Source: Azolla caroliniana
Taxonomy: Eukaryota; Plantae; Polypodiophyta
Length of the DNA stretch: 64,000 bases
Reading direction: 5' to 3'
Assembly: GCA_043228905.1 (NCBI GenBank)
Contig: JBHGNT010000012.1
Span: 8,804,001-8,868,000, forward strand
Part shown: positions 13,017-24,320 of the stretch, in pieces
Layout: every line of letters begins with the position of its first letter
How positions within the stretch are numbered: position 1 is the first letter of the stretch
Made by a program: the position numbers and the translations under genes
Notes under the pieces: generated by a model
Seen by the model: only the letters and a program-made list of their open reading frames with translations
Database searches by the model: none
Told to the model about the DNA's origin: nothing

Positions 13017-16000
13017 TCATACACATTAGCACCAACAGTGTATAAACCGGAGCAGCTATTGTATTCTGACATTGGGACGTTGATGCATCTGACCAAATGA
13101 GAGTACATATACGCCGCTGGTTTGTCTTCTAACAGCCTGTACACATATTCGTAGTCATCTAGTTTTGCATAAAAAATGCCTTCGATGTAGAATGTCCCGG
13201 CAGATACAAAATTTCCCCATGCATCTACAATATTCTGCCTTGCACACTGTTTACTAACCGTGCACTTTAATATATAGAAATCAGCACCCTCTGAATTGCC
13301 TTCTTCAGCATTTACAGCGAAGTTATCCCCAACGTTCAGGACATCACTCAAAGTATCTCCAAGTCCCTCATATGTGAAGTCAGCATTCTGCCCTGTTTCT
13401 CCATCAACTGCTTCCTTATCATTCAGAGTGTGATACTCCCAATTCTGAATGTATGCTTTGTTTAGACAATATCTCCAATTTCCCTGCACACAATGGAAGC
13501 AAAAACAAGTCAATTCTCTAACCGCAATACAATGACCATCCAACCTGGAATAACCGCGAACAGCATGCAGAGATCGCAATTCGGGAATTCCTTGGCACTC
13601 CCAGGTCTTCTCCCTATTTACTTCATCTATCTTCACTTCCCAAAATTCACGTTTGATATCTCGAACTTGCGAGGAATAAACACCTGTGGCACTCGTCGAC
13701 ATATTTGTTCTTAAAAATTCAACTACATGTGATGCACAATTCATGTGCACACCATCTGTCTTTAGTTGTTCATGGGTAAGTGCCCGCTTTATAACAGCCC
13801 CTGCACCATCATGTTCACCTTTACCATGGCCAGACCCAAAAAAATTCTATCTCATCTCCAAACCTGTTATAGCAGGATACCTCCCCACAAAATAAAATGG
13901 ACGTCGAGCCTTGAATTGTGACGCAGCTCCGTCAGACCAGACCCAATGTTGAGTAAGCTCCAAACGTTGAGCTAATAACCACTGCCAATGTAACTTAAAA
14001 CAGTGTTGGACGAACAAGGTATCATGCTTCTTATCATCAGAAATAAAGAAATGAATTACTTTTTTAACATCACCTGAAACTCGAAAATATGTTATGTGCA
14101 CAAAAATGGTTACCTGAACTGAACACCAATGCATAGATTGAATTTCATTCTGCTGCATGAAAGTATAATTCTCTGCGAAATCTACTACTGAGACTACTAC
14201 ATCATTTGGGAAATCAGATATGCAAGTCTTAAACTGATGGGCCTGCCATGAATAAATGAAGTTGTGTTTAATGAACTTTCCTAGAGATACTACAAACAGA
14301 GACACCAAATCCCTTGGTTTAAGCATCTTCCGAACTAGATCCTTTCTTTTACACACCTTTCCTTCGAAATTGGTGTTCACTGACTCAAATAACTTCACAG
14401 AGATCAATATTTCACTACTCAATTCATTTGGACACCACCTAAATCTAGTAGGGCCACAATCTTGACATAAACCCATGACACATTTATGAATATGGAAGAT
14501 AGCGTCAGATTCTCTCGGACACAATATTGAATTTAATAAATAACTCATGGAAGAGATAACGTGCTCAGATGATTTACACTCCTCTTGCGGGCTTGATCGA
14601 CAGATTGGGCACCCACATGTGCAAACTGTATTAGTTAGGGATGCGCTATGGTGACGTAGTAGATTAACAGAGTCCTTCAGAAAACCCATCTGTACATGGT
14701 AAATGCAACAACATGTGTATCGATCCTTTAAGCGTCTCACAAAGTGTGGCTTAAGAGACTCGAATGTTCGTAGTTGAACTTTGATAGTTGGATGCATTCG
14801 TTTGAACCTAATAAATAAATCGACCTGCGTAATAAAGGGGAATTAGTTATTCTCGTAACTAGCTAACTATCCTAGTAGCTAATTAGCTATTCTAGTAGCT
14901 AGTTCGCTATTCTAGTAGCTAGTTAGCTATTCTAGTAGCTAATTAGCTATCATGGTAGCTAATTAGCTGTCCTAGTAGCTAATTGGTTGTCCTAGTAGCT
15001 AATTAGCTATCATGGTAGCTAATTAGTTGTCGTAGTAGCTAATTAGCTATCATGGTAGCTAATTAGCTATTCTAGTAGCTAATTAGCTATCATGGTAGCT
15101 AATTAGCTGTCCTAGTAGCTAATTAGTTGTCCTAGTAGCTAATTAGCTATCATGGTAGCTAATTAGCTGCTCTAGTAGCTAATTAGCTATCATGGTGGCT
15201 AATTAGCTTTCCTAGTAACTAATTAGCTATCATGGTAGCTAATTAGCTATTCTAGTAACTAATTAGCTATCATGGTAGCTAATTAGCTTGTCTAGTAGCT
15301 AATTAGCTATCATGGTGGCTAATTAGCTTTCCTAGTAACTAATTAGCTATCATGGTAGCCAATTAGCTGGTCTAGTAGCTAATTAGCTATCGTGGTAGCT
15401 AATTAGCTGGTCTAGTAGCTAATTAGCTATAATGGTGGCTGATTAGCTTTCCTAGTAACTAATTAGCTATCATGGTAGCTAATTAGCTTGTATAGTAGCT
15501 AATTAGCTATCATGGTAGCTAATTAGCTATCATGGTAGCTAATTAGCTATCACGGTGGCTAATTAGCTGTCCTAGTAACTAATTAGCTATCATGGTAGCT
15601 AATTAGCTGGTCTAGTAGCTAATTAGCTATAATGGTGGCTAATTAGCTATCCTAACTAATTAGCTATCATGGTAGTAGCTATTGAGAGTAGCCAGTTACC
15701 TATGTAGTAGCTATCATAGTAGCTAATTAGCTATCATGGTAGCTAATTAGCTTTCCTAGTAGCTAATTAGCTGGTAATAACGAAATAGCTAATTAGCTAC
15801 CATGATAGCTAACTAGCTAGCAGTACAACTAATTATCTGGTAGTACCTAAATTAGCTATTGAGAATAGCTAATTAGCTATCATGGTAGTAACTATTGAGA
15901 GTAGCTAGTTACCTATGTAGTAGCGATCCTAGTAGCTAACTGAGGTAAATGTAACTGATAAGCTAATTAGCTTTTCTGCTAACTGAGCTAATTAACTTTC

Positions 16001-16790
16001 CGAGTAGAGTCAAAACAAATGTTGAGATAAATGTAAATACCTGAGGTAAATCAAGAAGATGAATGGGATGCTCCTCGTATTGATTTCTTCCAACACGTTT
16101 CCTGCATAAATCCTTTTTATTGGGTGAAACCCTACTCTCATTAGTCCAAAACATTGTGATTACATCCTTGATTTCAAATGTTATGGGTGTCATTGGCTTA
16201 CATCTTGTAGTTAGCTTTAGTAGACTAGTTCCTTCACCCGAGGAAATTATACGGTTCATTGTATTGTACACTGTTTTTCTACTAACACCAATTACCTTAG
16301 ATAGCTCACTGATGTTTATATCGTCAACATCACTATTAAGTAACATCATTAGACTAGACCTTTTTAAGACAAGATCATCTTCTGACCTGCTCATGGATAC
16401 GAAACTATTACGAAGATTATTTACTAAAATAGATGATATGTTTGCATTAAGACCATCACAATCAACTAAGTCCTTTATCGATGGATCATTACATATTCCA
16501 TAAAGTACTACCTTCTTTTCTTCATTGCTGATGTGCTTGGTTTGAACATTGAAATAGTCTACAACCTTTCTCTCTATGATGGTAGTCGCATTACTTACAT
16601 TCTCAGCTAAACTATCCTTACCTTTACTGAGTGTGGCTTTCGTATCCTTCAACAATTGACGATGTTTCCTTTTTTTTTCTGCCCAATAGTTTCGTATGGC
16701 TTGTTGTGTCCTGATAACATCATCCCTATCCTTATGATCATTGAGGGGTAATTCTAAACACCCTTCTTCCCCTTCCATTTGGCTAGACAT
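12983..16790 (-). pseudogene. Sola2-type DDE transposase, 2 exons (16790-16041, 14824-12983), about 863 codons, one nonsense mutation
   Basis: Motifs CCCIYH, VVDFAENY, QSMHW, WSDGAASQFK, FFGSGHGKGEHDGAGAVIK and CFCFHC. A phase-0 GT-AG intron joins ...LDLPQ|VDLFIRFKRMHP. Single in-frame TAG (probably from TGG) at 13847-13849. Confidence 0.85.
14855..15995. repeat. Second TAGCTAATTAGCTA palindrome array with a 20-bp period, filling the transposase intron
   Basis: 14-bp palindrome plus 6-bp spacer (TCATGG, TTCTAG, TCCTAG), repeated in register across intron 14825-16040. Confidence 0.95.
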
Positions 16791-17029
16791 GTTAAAACCC
16801 TAAATTTCCAGAAAAAAAAACAAGTATTAAAGATGGCTATGGGCAACAACAATACACAAAAATATTCCACACAATACACAAGATTAGACACAACAATACA
16901 CAAGATAATCAATAGACAGAAAAGTTATTGCAATCCAAGACCGAACAATAGAGGATTTCACTCTGTTGGATCCAACAGTTGAGGAGGCGATCCAAGACCG
17001 ACCAATGGCAACAACTGAGTGTAGAATGT

Positions 17030-17860
17030 TGCCGTTGGATGAGTGAACTCCGTCAAATCGAAATGTGGAAGCAATCCGGGACTGGACAGTAGTGGCAACT
17101 GAGTATAGAATGATGGCAATGGAGGAGAGAACCCCGTCAGATTGAACAGTTACCGATGATGCTTGAAACGCACATAGAAGGCACTTGAGAATAGAGTGGC
17201 ATAGAGAAGAGAACCCCGTCAGATTGAACAGTTACCAATGATGCTTGAAACGCACAGTAGCGGCCCCTTAGTGAGAGTGGAAAAGAGAAGAGAACCCCGT
17301 CAGATTGAACAATTACCAATGATGCTTGAAACGCACAGTAGCGGCCCCTGAGTGAGAGTGGAAAAGAGAAGAGAACCCCGTCAAATTGAATAGCTCTTTG
17401 ATTATGCTTGGAACGCACAGTAGCAACCCCTGAGTGTAGAGTGGCAAAGAGAAGAGAACCCCGTCAGATTGAACAGCTCTTTGATGATGCTTGGAACGCA
17501 CAGCAGCGGCCCCTGAGTGTAGAGTGGCACAGAGAAGAGAACCCCCTCAGATTGAACAACTCTTTGATGATGCTTGGAACGCACAGTAATGGCCCCTGAG
17601 TGTAGAGTGGCACAGAGAAGAGAACCCCCTCAGATTGAACAACTCTTTGATGATGCTTGGAACGCACAGTAATGGCCCCTGAGTGTAGAGTGGCACAGAG
17701 AAGAGAACCCCGTCAGATTGAACAGCTCTTTGATGATGCTTGGAATGCACAGTAGTGGCCCCTGAGTGTAGAGTGTCACAGAGAAGAGAACCCCGTCAGA
17801 TTGAGCAGCTCTTTGATGATGCTTGGAACGCGCAGTAGCGGCCCCTCAGTGTAGAGTGGC
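17030..17860. repeat. About 82-83-bp subterminal tandem array upstream of the transposase
   Basis: GAGAACCCCGTCAGATTGAACA...GATGCTTGGAACGCACAG...CCCTGAGTGTAGAGTGGCA recurs about 9-10 times and degenerates leftwards. Confidence 0.92.
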
Positions 17861-18275
17861 GGCAGGTGGACTCGATAGGGTTTAGCAACAGTGGTAGCAA
17901 CTAACCCACAGTACTCAACTAGAGATGGCCTACGTGATGTGGCAAAGGATCATGCATAATGGACCTAGGAATTCGATATATAATTTATGGTACACATTTA
18001 TGGTGCACACATCAATTTATGTTGCACATTTATGGCACTCATTTACATATGTAATTAAAACACTCTAGTATTTTCAATGGTAGTTTTTTGCATACTTAAT
18101 TTATTAATGATGGCTTTTTACTAAAATGACTATTTATCAATGGTAGCTTTTTGCATAGCTAATTAGCTATGTCAAGGACATAGCTAATTGTTTCCACTCA
18201 CATGCTTTCACCCATAATATATAAAATATGTTTGTAAGAATGTGTATGTATACTGCAGATTTAGAAAAAAACGAG

Positions 18276-20026
18276 ATGGAGGAACAGGGAAGAGAGAGAA
18301 CGCAGCAGAGAGCCACCTCAACGACACAACAGGGGAACTCTAAAGAAGCAGCCCCGCCAACAGAATCTGAGGAGCGGCCTCTACCGATCGTATTCTCGAC
18401 AGAAGAAGAGGCTGAATTCAAATCAGAGATTCAGCGCCTAACTCAACTCTCGGTGATCTGCAGAGTGGTGGGAGCTCGGCCGAATAGCGGTGAGTGTAAA
18501 GATTTATTACAAGCATCTATGCATGGATTAATTGGTAGAATAATAGATGTCCAATTCATGGGACGAGGATTTTATCATGTGGAATTGGATACAATCGAAT
18601 CAGTGGGAATAATGTTGGAGCATAGTCCTCTTGATGTAAGAGGTGCCCGTGCATTTGTGATGCCTTGGAAACAAGGTTTTAATCCGGTGGAGGCAATACG
18701 GAAAGGAGATCGGATATTTCCGTTAACGATTGTCTTCCCGGGATTACGTAAGGAGTATTTACCGATGCTTGAAGCAATAGCTTCAAGGATCGGAACTGTA
18801 GTGAGGGTCCAAGAAAGTATGGCTATGCGATTAAGTAAAATGTCAGGATTTCCGTCAGCCCGAATCTTGGTAGAATCACTCGAAAACTTACCGACAAAGG
18901 TAAGGCTACCAAATGAAGAAGGGGATTTTATAGAACAAAAGGTGGAGTTTGCCGGGCTCCCTGGACAATGCTTCTATTGTCGGCAAATGGGACATTTAGC
19001 CAAGAATTGCCCAAGGAGAAATATTAAATTGGGGGGGGGGAAAAAAAACGTTGTTGCGAATATTGTAAACAAGAAGGGCATGAGGCAGATAAATGTCAAG
19101 AGAAACTAGCCTCAGATTGTATGGGTGTACGGGCACAAGGGGAAACAAGAGACACTCAATGGATAAATGTAAAGGCTAAGCATGGATGCAAGACACGTAC
19201 GGTGCCTATGCAAGAGACGTGTCTCACCCCTAATGCGTATAATGCATTGGACATAGAAATTGATACACAAGAACAACCAACATCCACTACTGAGATAAGG
19301 GGGAAAATTGTTAGTACCATCCAACCAAATGATGGATGTGTCAAGGCAAAAACATTTCGTTCAAAAAGAACAATACAATCACAAAAATTGGATAATGCGA
19401 TCACAATAAGAACATGTGGGATGTTGAAGGAGGATACCGGAAATGGTGGCTTTTCCATACTTGATTATGCAGCCCCCTTTGGGCATGAGTTCACAAAACA
19501 TTTGGGTGTTAAAGATGTTCATGAACCCAATGCAATAAGGGTCCATGTTTTATTTAGACAAAAACAAGTGGAAAACTCATTGGTCGGTTATTCCTTTCCA
19601 TTATGTGGTTATGAGAGAAATGACATATGGAATCAACCGAATGTTATGTTGGCCATGAGAGGACAAGTTTTGTATTTTGCCAAATACGTGCAAAATCCTC
19701 AATTGGGGGAAACAATATTGAGGGGGTTAGAGAATGCAAGTTGTTTAGTGGTTCCGTATTTGGATGCAATGAACCGCAAGCATGTTGTATTGGATGTACC
19801 TTCCGATATATTGTTTGATTTTGGATATGTTTATATTCATGAAGATGATGTGCCGGAAAGCCAAGCCAAGGCTCGGGCCCATCATCATTGGAGATTCATT
19901 AAAGAAGGTTGTGACATACTCAAAAGCCAAATGGTGATTATGGGAGATGGGGGTGGCGTAAGCTCCGTGGAACCATCCTCTAAGACTCGTAGGATCGGGT
20001 CCGGTTCGGCCTCTAACAATTGTTGA
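18276..20026 (+). pseudogene. LINE ORF1 (DUF4283-like region plus CCHC zinc knuckle), frameshifted
   Basis: FMGRGFYHVE...PWKQGFNP and CFYCRQMGHLAKNCP. ORFs 18228-19109 and 19121-20026 join by a frameshift in the G/A homopolymer at about 19031-19048. Confidence 0.85.
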
Positions 20027-23000
20027 TGAGGCTCCTCACATGGAATGTTCAGGGCTTGGGAGGTTCCTTATACCAAAGATATAGAGGTAGGTTAAGGCAG
20101 GAATTACAAAAGTGTCTCACGAATGGATCGTTGGACATTATGATGTTTCAAGAACATCATTTGAATGAGCAAAGAATAAGGAACTATGGCACTATATTAC
20201 CTGGTAGTTGGGAGATGTTTTGGTCCCCGGCTATTGGCACTAGTGGTACACAAGGCGGGGTGTGTATGGCAATTGCACATCATTGGAAATCGAGTATTAT
20301 ATGCAAAGAGATCATTGTGCCAGGAAGAGCACAATATCTTGTATTACAAGATTTACATACAACTTGGGGTTACTTGAATATCTACGCGCCAAATCATGCA
20401 TCGGCTAGGAAACACTTTTGGTGTGAAATTACAAATGCATTACCAAATGTGTCTCATTGGTGTGTTGCAGGGGATTTTAATAGCTTGAGGACCCAGAGGA
20501 TAGGAAAGGTGGGAGTGTTTCAACAATTCATGGGGAGGAATTAGCAGTATGGGAACGGATGTGTTTGAAATTGAGTATTTTGGATGCATGGCATATGCCT
20601 AATGTTTATAGATCTCAGAATTCCTTGAGTTTCTCATGTTCGGATAGGAGAATAGCTGGAACCAATCTTTCAAGATTGGATAGATTTTATGTGGGGGAGG
20701 CCTTTGTCTTAAATGGGGGAAATATCACTATTATGCCAGGCACAACTTTCTCTGATCATGCTCCTGTTATATTGAGAACCTTTGGGCAATCGAAAAGGGA
20801 GTCCATACGATTTAGGATACCCGAAAAAGTAATGTTACATGATAGATGGTATAATCAAGTGACAGATATTTGGCAGAACAAAGATAATATGGATGCTCCC
20901 ATTACAATCAAAGTGGCTTGTGCTTTGACGGAGATATCACAATATTTTGCGTTAAAATCAAGATCTGAATATATGGAATATCTGGAGAAGGAAAGAAGGA
21001 TGAGGGCAAGATTGATATCTTTGCAAAGATTGCAACAGGGTCGACCAGAGTGTGCGTGGATAGCTTCACATCTTGAAGAAGCCCGAAAACAAGTTCAACA
21101 TATGGAAGAATGTCGTAGTCAATTTAGGTATCACAATTCTGCTTCAAGATGGACGCAAATTGGGGATAGATGTACAAAACAATTTTTTAATATTAAAGGC
21201 CCCAAAAGAGTCTCTAATGTAACCTGTTGTTTGCGGAATGAAAATGGCGAACTTGAAATGGATCCAAATGTTGTGCGGGTAATTGCCACGAAATTCTACG
21301 CTACCCTTTTGTCAGAAGAGCCTATCTCTGAGGAGATAAGCCAAAATAGAATGAAGGTCTGGGCGGAAATTCAACCCAAGGTTACTCAAGCAATGCAAGA
21401 TTCATTGTTGTCACCTATTATAGAATTGGAGTTGGAACAAGCGCTACACTCTTTATCGGACAATAGTTGTCCTGGAGTGGATGGACTTACACCTAAATTC
21501 TACAAGAAATATTGGGGGATACTGAAGAAAGACTTAAAAGATGCTTACCAACATATGTTTGAAAGTGGAGAGATGCCCATGTCGTTATCTGAGGGGCTTA
21601 TTTATCTTATACCTAAAACAGAAGGAGTTTCAGAAGATATTCGTAAGTGGAGGCCAATCACCCTCTTGAATACTAGTTATAAGCTATTTGCAAAGTTGCT
21701 TAGTTCTCGGTTACAAGAGGTATTACCAAAGATAATTCATGTATCGCAAACTGGTTTTATGAGGGAAAGGAGTATTATGGATAATGTTTTTACATTTTGG
21801 GAGGCTACTGCAGTAGCGGTAAAAAACAAACAAAATCTAGCCGTGTTGCTTTTAGATTTTGAGAAAGCGTATGATAGGGTTGACTGGAATTTTTTGGAAG
21901 GTACTATGCATCACTTGGGCTTCAACACGGCATGGATTAAAGGTGTTTCTTGTCTTTATAGAAATGCACACAGTCAGGTGTTGTTGGCAGGTGGAGTAGG
22001 ACCTCGTTTTAACATTACTCGATCAGTTCGCCAAGGATGTCCACTTGCACCATTTTTGTTCCTTCTGTTTGCGGAAGCAATGCATGCATTTATATCATCA
22101 CAATCTATAGGCTTGCGTGGTTTGGCAATGCCAATGCATGGACAAGATATATTGGACTCGGAATTTGCAGATGACACTGCATTATATGTGGATGGGACTC
22201 TAACGAATTTGCAACAAGTACAAGGGGCTTTGTCACAGTTTTGTATAGCGTCTGGAGCTAAGTTAAATTGGGAGAAAACTGTTGCATTTTGGGTAAGCAA
22301 GGAGCCGCCGCCTTGTTGGGCACCGCATCATACTTTCCAATGGACTCAAAGAGGAGTTGCGGTTCGATATCTTGGAGTGCAGGTTGGGATTGATTTGGTT
22401 CCAGAATTACATGCTGCACCATTACTATTAACTTTGAGGAAAAAATTATTCTTGTGGAGTCATGCTAAACTATCTTTGGCCGGTAGAGTGATAGTTGCCA
22501 ACCATGTGCTACTATCTACGGTGTGGTATATAGCCTCATCTTGGATCTTTTCAAAATCGTGCATTGGACAAATTCGAAGGCTGGTTAGGAATTTTATATG
22601 GGCTGGGGAAGATAAGAGTCATGTAAGAGCGAAGGTGGCTTGGAGTACATTGATAGCCCCAAAACAATACGGTGGTTTGGGGATTATAGATCCATTAGAC
22701 CAATGCATGGCCTTGTTAGCAAAACTAATAATTCGTGGCCTTTTACCAGGACATGCTCCTTGGAAGCAATTACTTATGCAAAGATTGTATAGTTGTGCTC
22801 CGTCGATGGGTGGATTATGGGCTGATAGCATAAGGTGGATTTTTATACCAGACAAGAAACATGTTATGTCTAGGAATTGGGAAGACAAATTTTTTAATGG
22901 TCTTCTACGAGCATGGGAGCATGTACATAAAGGGTTGGAACATGGTGTACCAACATGTGAGGACGAATACTTGAGACAAAACTTAGTGTGGAATCCGAAT

Positions 23001-24195
23001 ATGCGTTTGCCATCAGGGCACATGTTGGGGTCCCGAACGCGATTGGATTGGGCCAAGCTCGATGTAGGGCCAGGAGCGTCCGTTGATGCATGGAAATCAT
23101 TTCATACTCTGAATATAAATGACAGATCAGAATTCTTGTCTTCCTTGAGAGGGGGGCTGATTATGTGGGACCAAGTGCAGTCAGTTTTGGGGCACTCTGA
23201 CGTTACGATATGGTCCTTTAACCCTCCCAAGTGGGAAGGAGCATTTACGAGGCTTCAAGTGCTAGTGGGGGTAAGGGGACATTTGTCTTGCGGACGATGT
23301 CAAGACTATGAGGTGGAGGAAGATGGCAGTATAAGTAGTGCAACGATATAAACAGAGATCTTGCAATATGCTACATTTTCTAAAATAAGGGTCCTTGCTT
23401 ATGACGGATCTAAGTGGCTCATCGACCCACAAGTTGAGGCGGTCAAGGAGCATTGGAAACTGAGAGTTTTTGAAAAGAAACCTTTGATAAGGTTGCAATG
23501 GGATCCGGGAGAATTTTGGTGGAAAGATCCGTTTGATCGTATGGGAAAAAGGTATGGTTTTTTTCAGTATTCAGTTAAGATGGGACGACACATTTTGGCA
23601 GCTCAACGTAGGACTACACCACGAGCTAGTCAATTTTGGAACCACCAAGGGATCACATCGGAATTCCTAACAAAGTTTTGGGGAACATTATGGAAAAGGA
23701 AGCAAGATATGAAAATAAATGTCTTCCAATGGTTAGTAATACATAGAGCATTGCCAATTGGCCAATGGTTGCAACAATCAGCTGCACCGACCGCATGCAT
23801 CTATTGTTGTTGTCAGATGGAGACATTGAAACATTGCTTGTGGGAATGTCATGCTGCACAGCAAGTTTGGAGGCGAGTGTTCCGAGTTCTTGCCTTTATG
23901 TTTAGGGATTGCAGTGTTTCGTGGGGTATGGTAGTATGGGCCACAGTGGCACAAGTGGTGTGGCCATATGATGCATGCCCAAATGACACGATTATTAGAA
24001 TTCAAGGAGGAAGGATAATGGCGGTGCAACAAAGTCAAATGGAGGCTCCTTACATGTTAAAGACAATGCAAGAGGTATGGGAGCTACTATGCACCACCAC
24101 AATGTGGTTTATTTGGACTGCTAGGTGTTCTAAGGTGTTTGGTAATACTACTATTCATCCAGTGGAAAGTACACGGAATGTCTGGATGGAGATGG

Positions 24196-24283
24196 TGTTG
24201 GAGACAAGGTCGTCTATGCGGAAGATTAAGAAGCATTCGATTCTGTTCTGTACCTGCGTATGACAGTTTCTAGGTCGTTGCAC

Positions 24284-24320
<37 letters not shown>

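Larger units (their letters stand above)
6635..18213. mobile_element. Sola2-like DDE DNA transposon carrying two cargo genes
   Basis: 25-bp TIRs: GGGTAAAAGCATGCGAGTGGAAACA (6635-6659) versus the reverse complement of 18189-18213, 2 mismatches. 4-bp TSD ATAA (6631-6634, 18214-18217). 5'-GRG termini, a 4-bp TSD and the transposase motifs fit Sola2 as I recall it. Confidence 0.85.

Noticed and set aside
8767-15995. CRISPR-like reading of the palindrome-plus-spacer arrays
   Set aside because: The spacers are about 6 bp and recur, there are no cas genes, and the context is eukaryotic introns.
17030-17860. CRISPR array, or the small repeated ORFs (MRSKHHQR...)
   Set aside because: Whole units repeat with no unique spacers; the ORFs are by-products of the tandem repeat.
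6649-18199. Shorter GAGTGGAAACA TIR as the element boundary
   Set aside because: No TSD there; the inverted repeat extends to 6635/18213, where ATAA is duplicated.
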